64,000 nt of DNA, taken from assembly GCF_036321535.1 (NCBI RefSeq), contig NC_087437.1, positions 105,774,001 to 105,838,000 on the forward strand, in the 5' to 3' direction. Both the position numbers and the translations under genes were made by a program. Origin of the DNA: Camelus dromedarius. Its lineage: Eukaryota. The notes under the pieces were generated by a model, which had not been told where the DNA came from, made no database searches, and saw nothing but the letters and a program-made list of their open reading frames with translations. How positions within the stretch are numbered: the first letter of the stretch is position 1; each line of letters opens with the position of its first letter. This document shows, in pieces, positions 14,377 to 27,330 of this stretch.

Positions 14377-14510
14377 GTCCATGGCACACTAAATTACAAA
14401 TTTTAATTAAAAATGACTCGTGTATAATATAGTTTTTAAAATATGTATACAGATATTTATCCAAATATATTTATATAGATTTTAAAAAAGTAAGATGAAG
14501 ACTGCAAAAA
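14377..14510 (+). pseudogene. Short orphan retroposed insert of non-TE sequence with A-tail
   Basis: Flanked by the perfect direct repeat aaaaagaacattcattacat (14357-14376 and 14511-14530); ends in an A-run. Confidence 0.6.
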
Positions 14511-14530
14511 AAAAAGAACATTCATTACAT

Positions 14531-14578
14531 ACACACACGCACACACACCCACACACACCCACACACAAACACACACAC
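14531..14578. repeat. (CA)n imperfect microsatellite
   Basis: Directly visible. Confidence 0.9.
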
Positions 14579-15150
14579 AATCGGGATAGGGGAGAGTTAA
14601 GCAAAGAAGATGGAGAGGAAGAACGTGGACGTACTTACTGAGTACTAACAATACTTCTGTCTTTTGTCAGATGTTTCATTCACTCCTTAAAATTGTAGCT
14701 GTCAAGTAGATACTACTATCCATATGTAACAGATGAGATGCCTGAGGGCCAGACGTAAAACTTAACACAGTCAGAGTACAGTCTCAGATTATCTGACTCC
14801 AGGAAACAACCAATTAAAGCCTGTTCTGGGAAGATATTTTCTGCTTGGGCTTCAGTTTTTCATTTTTCCCATAAATCTAAAATTAACAGGGCTAGGGTCT
14901 TGCAATTCCATTGACTCAAATCCAACTTTTTATTTGTAGCCAATTCATAGACATCCTTCCAAGTTGTTTATGTGACACATTCTCTCCATCTCTCTCTATC
15001 GGTCTTTTGCTCTCTACCTTTCTGTTTTCATACTGTCTTTGAAAATTATGTCACCACCAGGGGAATAGTGTACCAATTTATTTTGGTTAAGCGGTTACTA
15101 CTTAAATACACAAATACTGCACACACACACACATTCAAAATATCATTTAA

Positions 15151-15255
15151 ATGCTTGCTTCAGCAGCACATATACTAAAATTGGAAAGATACAGAGAAGA
15201 ATAGCTTGACACTTGTGCAAGGATGACATGCAAATTGGTGAAGTGTTCCATATTT
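15151..15255 (+). pseudogene. RNU6: Full-length U6 snRNA retropseudogene
   Basis: Colinear with U6 (GTGCTCGCTTCGGCAGCACATATACTAAAATTGG...ACAGAGAAGA...TTCCATATTT); most changes are at CpGs; A-rich tail; TSD atatcatttaa (15140-15150)/atattatttaa (15271-15281). Confidence 0.95.
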
Positions 15256-15303
15256 AAATAAATATAACGTATATTATTTAAGTCTGTCCTCTCCCTTCCA
15301 TTC

Positions 15304-15760
15304 TGTGGTAAGTATATTGCAAAAATGGCCCAAATCCTTCCCCCTTTCCCTGGATCGTTTTTTGTTTTCACTTGTTTTTTGGTGCCCTGTATTTCTGACT
15401 CTGAGCTTGACATTTGCACTGTCCGCTGCCCCATTAGTAGATGTGACTCAAATAGACAATTGTGAAAAGAGCTTGTGCTTTTCCACTTTGCTCTTGTCCC
15501 TCTGACACTGGCGTGAGAAATGCCAAGACAAGCTTGCTAGAGGAGGAGAGGTTTATGACGCTCAGTCAAGTTGCTTTAGTCATTTCAGGATGGCCATCCC
15601 AGATCAGCATCAGCCACATGGCCATGAGACATGTTAGTGATCCCAGCCGAGGTCAAGGGAGCTGAAGAACAACCAGGCCAGCCAACTAACTTACAAAAAT
15701 AAACCCTTAGTCTGGGTGCTTTTGAGGTTTTATGACAGTTTATGTCAATAATCTATACAC
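15304..15760 (+). mobile_element. Old MaLR LTR (MLT1G/H/I-like)
   Basis: tgtggt...caaaaatggcccaaatccttcccc..., agacatgttagtgatcccagccgagg, aaaataaa. Confidence 0.65.
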
Positions 15761-16098
15761 TCTCCTCCTACCATGCCTAAATATAGAATCCTTTATATTT
15801 ATCTAGGCCATATTTGAATTAATATGATAACTAATCTTTCATCAAACATTCCTCATCTAATTCACCCTTCCCAATATTGGAGTTTCACCTTTTCTTTTAC
15901 ATGATAGATAATAAGATGTCCTTGATCAAAACCTCTGATCATCATCTGTTGCCTGTCAAATCAATTTAAATTCCCTACCCTGGCATTTAAAGCCCCCTAA
16001 TATCAGCTCACCGATGCCAGGATTTGTGGCATTTTCTCTACTTAGAATGCCCTCTCTTCTGTATCACCATGTCTACAAATATTCCGTATTTGTAGAAT

Positions 16099-16418
16099 TG
16101 TCATCAGAGAGCAAGTTCTTGTCTCGTCACAAAAAGAATGCAGAAATGAGACACAAAGGTCAAGAGAGCAAAGCAAGGATTTGTTAAGGGGTAGATAGCA
16201 TCTCTCAAGGGACGCTCAGGAAGACCCAGGTGGGTCACTCTCCCGAGTTTCTTTGTCATCCTGGTTATATGGGTATAAAAATGAATGGGCAGAATATTCA
16301 CTGGCAGGGAGGGGTTTGGGGTCCTCTTTCCGGTCCTCTTCACCCCAGCTCCACCTTTCTGGGGGGAAGGAGGGATTTTTTGTCCTTATTTAGTCTTGAC
16401 CGGGCCTCAGATATCTCA
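16099..16418 (-). mobile_element. Lineage-specific ERV solo LTR
   Basis: TG...CA termini; GC-richer than flanks; layout typical of a reversed LTR (aagaatgcagaaatgagacacaaa...gatttgttaag); no TSD found. Confidence 0.6.
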
Positions 16419-17589
16419 TAAGTAAAATGCAGAAGATGTTAGTACGTGCTCATAATGTTGTGGTCAATAAGTTAAATATCCATCATTATTTAGAACTGTA
16501 TCTGCCACTGACCATCATTATATAGATGTTATCTATTATTTGTGTTGTTTCTGTGCTGATTTTGGTATAGTTTTATTTTTCTATTTATCATGTACATTTT
16601 TCATGTGATTTAGTATTACACAAAATAACTTGCTAAGTAAAAGTTACTAAATATTCCCTTTTATGTCGATGTATTTAGTTTGTTCATCCACTTACTCATT
16701 TTAATCTAAGTTTCTCAGTGGCAGCTTGGAATCACTCAACTGTAAACAAGTCCATATGAAGTGGAAATAAAAACAGAACGCTCACCCTGATTCAAAGACC
16801 TGACTGAAAATGTTCATCGCTCTCTCTGAAGACTGCACCGAAGGATGTACTTTTTCCTTCCCACATCATCTTCAAATTGTTAATTATGTAACTAAAAGTC
16901 TTCCTGGGAACTTTCTGTGAATATAAGAGGAACTGTAGAAGAGGCTTTATCCTTTTCTCACTAAGAATACGCTTCCCAGAAGGAAAAAATTGCATCCAAA
17001 TAGAGGTTATATTTTAGCTCCCTCTTTTATAACCTCTGCACGTGTCAAGGGAACTATACAACAGAGGCAGTCACTTCTCTACTACCAAGAGCAGTGATTA
17101 AAGTATAAATTGCATGAAGTTCACAAGTCATCAGAGACTTTTATGAATGATAGGGATTGATGCTGTATTTTTCATTGGGTAACCTATAGCATAGGAATAA
17201 AAAGCGTATCTATTTCCCAGGCTGAAACTTGAGCAAAATTACAGTAAAATGATTTTAGATTACTTCTAAGACAATTCTAAGAATATTTGCACATACTTTT
17301 TGGTTGTGTTGCATATATTTTCCCAGAAGTTAATTTTCTTTCTATCAGAAAAATACAATTAAATAAAATTACCTTCTCATAAACCTCCTATTTCCCATCA
17401 CCTTTCCAAATTAACTAACTCCTCCTGGGCACCTAGCTATTGAATATCTCCTATAATGGAGAATAATTTAGTTGAGGCTTGTTCTTCCAGAAATTTAAAT
17501 GCAATGATATCTAATAGCCATAAAATAGATGTTCAGTCTTTTTATCATTTCCAAAAAGTTTTGTGGATATGTGTATTTTTCTTTTTTCT

Positions 17590-18150
17590 TTAAAAACATT
17601 TTTTATCCAACAAAGTGCACAGATTCTAAGCTTTCAGCTCAGTGCATTTGCTAAGACCTAGCACATTTTGGCACTGCAGAAAGTTTCCTTGTGTCTCTTT
17701 GAGTGTCTGAGACCCATCCATGTGGTTTCATGTCTCAGTAACCTGTTGCCTTTTGTGCTGAGTGGTGCTACATTATGTGGGTTTACCACGATGTGTTTAT
17801 CATGGTCTCCTGTTACAGGCATTTGATTTGTTTCCAGATTTAGACTAATACGGCTTATAGTTATTGATTATCAATGATTAATTTGTAGTGATATGTGTAT
17901 GAATATGTATGTGTGTGCACTTATTTTCCTGTATGAATAGTTCTTTTTGTATCCCACCCTAAAATGTTTGCTTATCCCCATGGTCACAAATATATTCTCT
18001 TAGTTTTCTTTTACAAATTATATAACTCTAGCAATTATGCTTAGGTCTATGATCTAGGTTGAAATAAATTGTGCTTATAGAATGAATTAGAAGTTGAAAA
18101 ATAATGTTTTTTTTTTCCTATATGAATATCCAGTTAATTCATTACCATTA
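17590..18150 (-). mobile_element. Old L1 (L1ME-like) fragments
   Basis: catccatgtggtt...gctgagtggtgctacattatgtgg...catttgatttgtttccag; ORF2-like ttaggtctatgatc...atatccagtt. Confidence 0.6.
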
Positions 18151-18322
18151 AATTTGGTGCTGACAAAAATGTTTTAATGTCTATACAAGCTTAAAGACTT
18201 TTGGGCTTGATGGTCCTCAATTAAGTAGGTTAGTTTTCAAAATAAGTTTTCATATCTTTGGAATGGTATCATATTCCATTTATTTTTTGACAAGCTTTAC
18301 TTAAAGGTAAATAATATTTAGT

Positions 18323-18700
18323 TGTAACGGACTGAATTGTCTTTACCAAATTCATATATTGAAGTCCTTATTCCCAGTAGCTCAGAATATGATTTTCCTT
18401 GAAAGTAGAACCTTTAAAGATGTAGCTATGTTAAAATTAAGCCCTATGAATATGGTTGGTGTCCTTAGACGAAGAGAGAGAAACACCCGCAATGTTTGTG
18501 CAGAGAGAAGAGGCCACGCGAGGACACAGCAAGAAGACAGCCATCTGTGAGCCAAGGAGAGAGGCTTCAGGAGAAACCTCATCTGCTGACAACTTGATCT
18601 TGAATGTCTAGTCTTCAGAATTATGACACAGTAAGTTTCAGTTGTTTAAGCCGGCTGATGTGTGGTATTTTTTTTAAGGCAGCCCTCATAAACTAATACA
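18323..18700 (+). mobile_element. MaLR solo LTR (MLT1B-like)
   Basis: tgtaacggactgaattg...aaattcatatattgaagtcct...aagacagccatctg...gcagccc...aaactaataca. Confidence 0.85.
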
Positions 18701-20471
18701 AGGTGTTAGCCAGAAGCAAATCCTCTGAATATAGGGAATAATGATCTGAGAACAATCCCTGAGGAAAACTTGTTCTTTAGACTCAAGTTCCAATGTTTGC
18801 TTCTTTTGATTGTTCATAGCACAGTTTGTGTCCAAGAATGGCTGAGATGGCTAAATTAACATTTTTTGGTGTAAGACACAATAATCAAGGCCCCACCATA
18901 TTCCTCTTCTGCCCACCCACTGTGTCCTGGTCTTGTCCCCTGTCTCTCCACAGCAGACACTTAAACCCAGACATTCTGAACATTTGTATTAGGAAGTTCA
19001 ACTCTCAAAAGAATATTCTCCAGAGGATTTCTGCCAATTGGCTGACTTAGGTTAGAAAAATTTTTCTATCAGTATAACTTCCTAAATTTTTCTCCTCATT
19101 CATGATAGAATAAAGGAATAAGGAGATAACAGACCAGCTCAGAATTTCTGACAACTTCAGCCTCTCTCTTCTTTCAAAGGAAAGAAAAAGTTAACTCTTT
19201 CTCCCTTCAGCATTCTTGGCATGGCAGATGCTAATGAAAGTGAAACAAAAATAGCAGAGCATTGTAAGAAATGTCAGTTTGAATTCTGTTCATGTCAAGT
19301 TAAATAATAAAAATTACCATTTCCCTGGTGAATATAAACCACGGGGGGTGGGGGACGGTGCTAGAGTCACTCAAGATCCTTTCCCTTATGGTGTCATTAT
19401 CCTCAGTAATTTAATATATTCCATTAATAAAAAAAGCCTAAGAATGAAGTTAAAGCTTCAATTTAATCCTCGACTATTGAATTTTTTTGTATATTTTACT
19501 TTAACATAAAATATCCTATTTAGGGGAAATAGTATTTCCAAGGCTTCTGAAGACATCCTGAACATCAAGAAGCTCTTGAAAAGCTAATTTGGGATGAAAT
19601 AGATATAAACAAAGATAGGTAAAGTGTCAATTTAATTAGACATCAATTTACAAATTAAGAGCTATGGAAAACTCAGAAGTGGTGTACAATTAAGTTTATT
19701 ATTTAATATTTATTACTGAACGTTTTTCTGTGAGGTAGATCTGTAGTAGTCAGACTTTTAGCCAGATCAACTTACAAAAACATTTTGCATTGTTTGATGA
19801 TGTCTCCTCTTTTATTTGTTTAATAAGTTTTCACTCCAAACCTCATCAAAAAAATACTACAGAATAGTGCTATTTTAACATTATGATTTCAGGTAAAAGC
19901 ACACGTATCAGTTTACTCAACACAAAGGTTTTTATTCAGAGAATGTTTTCTGAAACAAACTTGAATTGTACAGTTGTTTAGATGAGTCCAAAACCCTTTT
20001 TGTTTTGTGTATTTCTATAAAAAAGAGAGAGATAAAGAGACAGTACATACTATGACTTTGGTCTATTGTGTACATTTGTGTTTTCCACAATTTTCCAAGG
20101 CTTCAGTGTTAAGCCTTTATTTTGTCCTAACGATGTTTTCCTGTGGTGAAGTTCTATTTTAAAATGCATTTGAATGCAAAATAACCATAAGTCCTCCAAG
20201 AGATTAAACAATGTTGCAAAGAATATAGCACAGAAAGAAGTTTGAAATAAATATATTAATTTTCCTACTTTTTATTGTATTTAGTTTCAAATTATTTATA
20301 ACTTGTGTAAACTCATTTTGTTTGACATATACTTCTGTTTGTGAAAATTGTTTATATATTTGGATTAAGTTGATGTGCATCATGGGTTTTTTTCCATTGA
20401 AATTAAAGAAAAAAAAATTTTTCTCATTTAATGTTTTTTCATTTAGGGGTAGGGTCTTCAAGAATGAATTA

Positions 20472-20682
20472 TACTGGGATTTCAAAATTGTAGAATAGAT
20501 AAACAAGATTACACTGTATAGCACAGGGAAATATACACAAAATGTTATGATAACTCACAGAGAAAAAAATGTGGCAATGAGTGTGTATATGTCCATGAAT
20601 GACTGAAAAATTGTGCTGAACACTGGAATTTGACACAACATTGTAAAATGATTATAAATCAATAAAAAATGTTAAAAAAAAA
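20472..20682 (+). mobile_element. Young camelid L1 3' UTR end (5'-truncated)
   Basis: L1 3' UTR with aataaa and poly(A); perfect 12-bp TSD aagaatgaatta (20460-20471, 20683-20694). Confidence 0.9.
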
Positions 20683-22533
20683 AAGAATGAATTAAAAGTC
20701 ACTAAGAAGAAATACTGGTATTTAGTGATTCTACTTTTTAAATATCTCATACATGAGGAGAGAGGAACTCAAAACTATCTTTACTAAATAGAAGAAGCCA
20801 AAACAGTGGTATGAATATAAAATCTATGTGCTACTACATTTTCTCTGAATTGCCATAGGTGGGTGGGGCTGGAGGCATTATCTGTTTTCTAATGAAGTGG
20901 AATTCACTATCTGAACATAGAAATCCATTGTGAAATGATACCTGCATCAAATTGAAAAGCTCCAAGGCTGTGTTTCATTGCTCTACCTATTGTCTTGAGA
21001 TCTCAGTAATAGACTCTTAGGGGTTTGGATTTCCCAGAATTCTTGATTGTGACAAAGTAGCACAAATAAAAACTCCCACTCAGCAAAGATGTAACTCAAT
21101 CTTCTTTGCTTCTTTAGTAGTCTTCATGAATATTGTACATCTCAATTTTTAAGCTTTCACGTAACATATCAGAGTAACTGCTTTTATAAACTTTGGTTAG
21201 TGCAAAGACTCCATAGCATATTATCTTGTCCAAAGGAGCAAGTAACAGAAGTTTATGTAAAATGCTTTCTGTTACAGAAACTTAGCTTTAAGCATCCAGC
21301 TTTGTCAATTCCATAAGGGAAAGCTCTCCAACATGGTACACATTCAACTTCTTTATTTGATACTAATCTTCAACATAACAGTATTGCTGGTTTATACTAA
21401 TTTCCTATTTAAGGAAGACTTTAGTTACTTCTTTGCATAGTGTGAGAGTTTACTCTTGAAAAAGAATTCCACAAATGTCACTCAGGCAAATTTCAATTTT
21501 AGAAGCCTGACAAAATATTATCACAGATTCGTACAGTAACAAATTAAATTTTCTATTGATTCTTCAAAAGCAATTAAAATAATATCCAATATTCTTCATA
21601 TTTTATATACTATATAAATATATATTTATGTAAATATACATATTACATGTACTATATATTATATGTTATAGTAACCATAATTTTACTATATATAATAAAA
21701 ACAAATTTACATAAATAAATTTGAGTATTTACATATTATTGTAGAAGTGAATTAAAAAAAAATACAATTCCAGATGATATTTGAATTCTACTTTTGATAA
21801 AATGATGGGAAAGCTAATATTAATTATCCTTCCTATATTTAGGACACAAAATTATCTTAAACAGAACAAGTGTTTATTTAATCCTCCCTTTTGAAACTGG
21901 AAGAAGAAAAGACCAATATTCTGATGACTTTAACAAATGTGATAAGCAATGGTGTCTAGTTTGAAGGTCACTCCTTTCATTTAATGTTTATGTCCTCAGG
22001 TCTTGTTTGTCTTACCAACAAAAGATTTTTTTCAGATTGGTGGATTTAACATCTTTATAATAACAAATATCTGGTCTTCTAGTTGACTACTTATCTATAT
22101 ACCTATTACATATGCACTGATTCACTCAGTTTTATTATGTAAATATTAGGATAGAAAGAGAAAATAAAAATATGCCAAAGAAAATATATCAACATATGCC
22201 TAAGTAGTTACATTAATTGAGCATTAAATTTAGTTTGGGGGCATCCTGACACGATGAAACTGGAAACATGATAAATTATCCAATTGTCATGATCTGATAA
22301 AAACCAATATATCAATTCTTCAAATGAGGTCATTTTTTTCCTTGGTGCTAAATCACCCAGTCAATTTAATGGACAATATAATATTAAATAGAATCCTTAA
22401 GTCATATTATGATGGCTTATTGAAGGGATCTATCAATGTGGAATTGAGGTCATATCAAAATGGGTTTGTTGCTAATAAATTACCCCACCGTGGGACAAAA
22501 GAGTAGTTCTTTGGTTTAAGAAACTTTATTTTG

Positions 22534-22641
22534 AATATATACATACGTGTGTGTGTGTGTGTGTGTGTGTGTATCTGAATTACTATGCTGTGCACCAAAA
22601 ATTAATACATTGTAAAGCGACTAAACTTCAGTTTAAAAAAA
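22534..22641 (+). mobile_element. L1 3' terminal fragment with (TG)n expansion
   Basis: ctgaattactatgctgtgcacca...acattgtaaa...acttcagtttaaaaaa. Confidence 0.75.
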
Positions 22642-23849
22642 CCTGTTTTGCAAGCGATTATTTAAATAAAAGTAAATACATTCAGTTTTAGAAATAAAAC
22701 TGGACATTTATATATAAATAAGCTTCTTCAAGGTTCAGTGAAATATATTTACAATGACATCCGCACTTTGATGTTTCATTTTTTTGTTTGCTTCTGAGGA
22801 AATTTGCAGTCTGTAATCTGTATATAACGCAATTCAACAAACATTTATGAAGCAATACATACATTTTCCAGTTACTTTGCTAGGGCCTGAGAAGCACAAG
22901 AAATCAGACACTGCTCATTTTTCGCAGTTATGAAGCTTGTGTTGGGTTGCCCTAGGTATTGACACACTGACAGTAAATGTGTCTCTGCCAAAAGCATATT
23001 TCAGTACTAAACTCACTGTGGCAGTATATTAATACAGTGGAAATTTTTAAGCATCTTTCTTTTTGCAAAGAAATCTGTAGACACCGTCTAGTAAATGCTG
23101 CTGTAGTGTATGATTCTAGTTATTTTAATTTCATTTCCAAGTAGGAAGTATAGTCACGAAAATGCAAGTTTGACTTTCCAAATGTGCCGTTTACTGAGAC
23201 TTCACTTAGCTCTCCTCATTCCTGCATGATTAAAATATGCCTAAGATCTATCTGAGTGCACATTTCTAAACTCAAGTCAAACTTTCATCAATATTTTCCC
23301 AGTGTTCAGGTGCAGAGCTAGATATATCTGTCATTTCTCTGTCTCAAGAATTACTTGGCTGTTTCCGTGTATCAGCAACAGTCATCCTTAATCCCCCAAA
23401 GATAACATTGGGAAGAATGAAATAAATCGGAGACTCTAATCACTCTTTGTGAGAGTCAGGAGATCAGCTTTGATAGTGGATTATTGGATGCCACATGTTC
23501 TCATCAGAACATCACAGATTGGATTTAGCACAAAAATATATTTTTCTGATCTGTAAACAGCACCAGCTGAATCCATATTTCTTATGAATGTCCTACCACA
23601 GCACTGTGTCTTCTCTTCATCATGCAGCCAGTTGATTCTAATTCCCTTTCAGCACAAGTTCCAAGAATTTACATTTGTCACTTGGAGCTGAGCATCCTGA
23701 ATCTTTACCACCATTCTGGGCACTCAGAACTCAGTTGCATTGCTGCATTTCCTAACTTAGATGCGAATAAAGTCTCTTCAAGGGGTTTTAAGCTATTTGG
23801 CTTCAGTCAACCTAGAGGTACTGCTATCAACCATATTTTGAGAGCTTAC

Positions 23850-24056
23850 CTTAAGCCTCAGATTGGCAGCTTGAACACATAAGTTCGTTGGAGGTAATAA
23901 TCTCAGTCTTTAGGGTTGGATTTTGACAACATTCCACCATTATAGCTCGGTGTAAGCAAAATGGAATTGATTAGGATTACCCATCTGTCAAACTTCATGT
24001 GTTTTTGGTGGGCTAAGGAAGAACTGCCTTCCCCCAAAATATTAACTGACCGATGT
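23850..24056 (-). other. Candidate exon (weak acceptor, strong donor)
   Basis: ttttcatttctag| ... cttaag|gtaagc on the minus strand; unique sequence; see findings. Confidence 0.15.
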
Positions 24057-25167
24057 CTAGAAATGAAAATTCCACTTAGTGTTATCATGTTAGTATAATC
24101 ATGCCAACTCAAATTCAAACATATCCAAATGTCAGCTGTATCAGGCCATTTAACCAGCCACATATCTGAGAAAAGTGGCTTCCATCATCTCAATGTAAAT
24201 TTTAAAAAAAGTTCATTCATCTACTCACTCACTAATTCGAAAAATATTAAGCATATTAAGAAAAGTGAGTTTAAGAGGCAACTTGAAAGATGAGTTAATA
24301 TGTCTTCAGTCAGAATGATGTTAGAATTGCAACCACAGAAGTTTCAGTGTTTCATCTCAAAGCCAGATACTATGCTAGTGGTCTGCTATGTGTTTAAGGA
24401 TGAATCAAGCGTACTCACTATTCTCTAGAATTTCCTCCAGCACCAAAAAGGACAGGTCTCTGAAGGATAACAGTGGTGGAATAACTCCTACAACAAAAAT
24501 GTGAATAAGAGGTTAATGGCGTGCACAAGAAAAAGAACTTCTGCCTTGATAGGACATGGAATATTCTTAGAAGAACTCTCACATCAACTGTCATTCATTT
24601 ATTTAAAAATATATTTTCTCGGTGTATTTTTGTGTCATGCACTTTCATTTTCTTTTCTAACCTTCTTTAAAGAATGAACCTTATTTTTCTCCAGAGGAAA
24701 AGAAAAGTTATTTCCTGCAGCTCTTTGGGTAATAGTCTCTTTAATCCCTTATATCCAACCAAACACTTCCTACAGCCAAATTATGTTGAGATATAATCTC
24801 AATGCTCTAATAACCAGGAAAGGAGATGAGGACAGATCCTTGGAATGAGACATACATGTTCCTACAACAGAAGCACTCTAGAGTGGAGGGAGTGTGCTAA
24901 CCCTTAATAGGGAGGGGTGGGCTACATCCACATGAACGGATGGAAACAAACTCAAAGTTGCGATATATCGCCCCTGCTAGTGCATTCCTCTCCACTGATA
25001 TACCAATCCTGTTCACTGTGAGAGATTTTAACAACACTATTGTTCCCTTGTATCAGAGTCATCTGTCATCATCTAACACTAACAATGGACCTTAGATGTG
25101 AGCTAGCAAATGATTAAGCTCCTGAATTCTGCCCCTCATTTCTCTGACCATTCCTGGCACCCACAAT

Positions 25168-25598
25168 TGCAGGTTGGGGTCCCAGGAAGCAGAATCTGAA
25201 AAGATGAACATGCAGGAACCTTATCACAGTGTGCTAGGCAACTTAGAAAAGAAAGAAAATGAGGCAGGATTGGACAGAAGGAGAAGCTGAGCTGTGATGT
25301 AGCCCACACAGAACCCTAGCCAAGCCCATGAGGAGCTCTGAAGCGATGATGACCCTTCAGCACTGCCTTCATTGTAGTTAGAGGGCTGGGTTTAATATTC
25401 CTGCATCTGTCATCACTGAATGCAGGTTATCTCTAGGAAGCGGGTGTGGCCTTGGGCAAAGCAGCTGACTCTGGGATGGGGCATTTTCTAGACAGGGCTT
25501 GTCCTCTAACAGTAGTTAGCTAGAACCTCCTGAGATGCTGAGGGACTAAGTCTTTTAGTCCTGAAGGGGAGTCTAGGTGGCACATCACAAAATCCGCT
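25168..25598 (-). mobile_element. ERVL LTR (LTR33/LTR16-class)
   Basis: caggttgggg...aagcaga...gcaggattggacagaaggagaagctgagctgtgatg...agtcctgaagggg...ggtggcacatcac. Confidence 0.75.
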
Positions 25599-25837
25599 TT
25601 GGAAATTTTAGAGGCAGTACTAACCTCTAGCGCATGTGGCCACTTTTAATAAGATAGAGAATAATAGCATGCCAAAAGCTATAGATGTATGAACCTCAAG
25701 CAGTGCACACAGGTCCCTGTGGTATCCAGGGGACTCAGATTAACAGAATCCTCTAGATAAGGACCACAGGCACTCTACAAGGGAGGGTGGGTCTGTAAAG
25801 AGCTAGGATCATTACAAGAATTGCTCAGCATTAGCCC

Positions 25838-26624
25838 AGAAAATACCAATGCAATGGCTTCTACACTAACTACATAGAACTAGGTCAAACTTCAAAAGTT
25901 AAAGGTGCAGTCCTCCACTAGACTGCCCTTACTTCAGACCCCAGCCACAAACCTGAGAGTTCTCCAGGCCACCTTCACTTCTGACCAAATGGCTACATTG
26001 AGGGTTTTCTCTATCCTCTTGGGTTTGATAATTGCTACAATGATTCACAGAGCTCAGGAAAGTGTTATACTATTTATTACAGTTTTATTACAGCAGAGAG
26101 GATTCAAAATAGAGCCAGTCAAACACAAGACACATAGTCAAGGTCTCAAAGGACCTCAAACTCAAAGCTTCCAGTGTCCTCTCCTTGTAGAATTAGGAGA
26201 TGTCACCCTCCCAGCACATGGGTATGTTATGACATGCAATATAGCATGTTGCCAACCAAGGATGCTCTTCTGAGTTTAGGTGTCCAAATTTTTTATTGGG
26301 GCTTCATTATGTAGGCATGACTGATTGTATCATTGCCCATGCAACTGAACTCAATTTCCAGCACCCTTTCCTTCCCCACAGGTTGAGTTGATACCACATG
26401 GCTCAAAGCCAGAACCCCCTAGCCACATGGTTGAATAGTCACCAGTCCCTACCCAGAGTCATTATCATTACAAACTATTTACAATCCCAGCATGACTCAA
26501 CTCATGAGCATAAACACTCAGAGTCCACCATACACAAAGATACTCTACAACCTGGGGAATTTCCGAGGGTTTGGAAGCTACTTCCCAGAACTAGAGACAA
26601 AGGGCAACCAAATTCCTTATTACA
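25838..26624 (-). mobile_element. MER21-like LTR
   Basis: actgcccttacttcagacccc...caggccaccttcacttctgaccaa...ttttattggggcttcattatgtaggcatgactgatt; explains ORFs 25905-26273 and 26398-26772. Confidence 0.8.
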
Positions 26625-27029
26625 GAGAAACCAGCCACTCCCTGAGCCAGTGGGACCCAGAAGACTTCATGGCTCAAAAGAATGTTTTCTTTCGTGCTCT
26701 GTAAGGACTCAGTACACTTCTTCATATAACTACTTACTACCTTGGAAGATAGGACTAAAGGGTCAGGGGTAGATTGAAAGGGGGAAGGACTGAGAAAAAC
26801 TGATTCTTCACATAAAATCCTTTTATATCAGCCCTTGATTGAGAGTTCAACTCGGGATACATATTGAAAAAAATAAAAATATTGTTTTTTTTTTAATTCA
26901 AGCTTTAATGTGCCTGATACCCAGTGAGATTGAGGCTCTTAAAAGAGATTAGATCAGTCATAGGAAATAAAGAAGTTATGCTTCCTCATTCATTAGAAAG
27001 TAACATGAATGTATTTGGGATGACATTTT

Positions 27030-27330
27030 ATATTTATTGAATATATGTCAGCCACAAATCTAGGAGCTGCAGATAACAATTAATGAACAAAATTAAGTTT
27101 TCTCTCTGACTTTTTTTTTACGTTTTAGTGTGAAACATAAACATGTGCATAAACAATTATAATAAATATGAAACTTTTGTAATAGTAATAGTAAAGGGTC
27201 CTAAAGGAGCACGAGGATGAGGCACTTAACCAAATCTTGGAAAGGGTGATCAGAAAGATTCACAGAAAAGTGAATGTAAGATGAGACTTGAAGAATGAAT
27301 CAATATTCCATCAGTGAAAGCAGTCAGAAT
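27030..27330 (-). mobile_element. L2 fragment
   Basis: atttattgaat...atgaacaaaa...gatgagacttgaagaatga. Confidence 0.55.

Noticed and set aside
21600..21725. TA-rich inverted-repeat-like region
   Set aside because: Low-complexity sequence; pairing is expected from composition alone
25905..26772. 122-aa and 124-aa ORFs
   Set aside because: Lie largely within a MER21-like LTR; no recognisable domain
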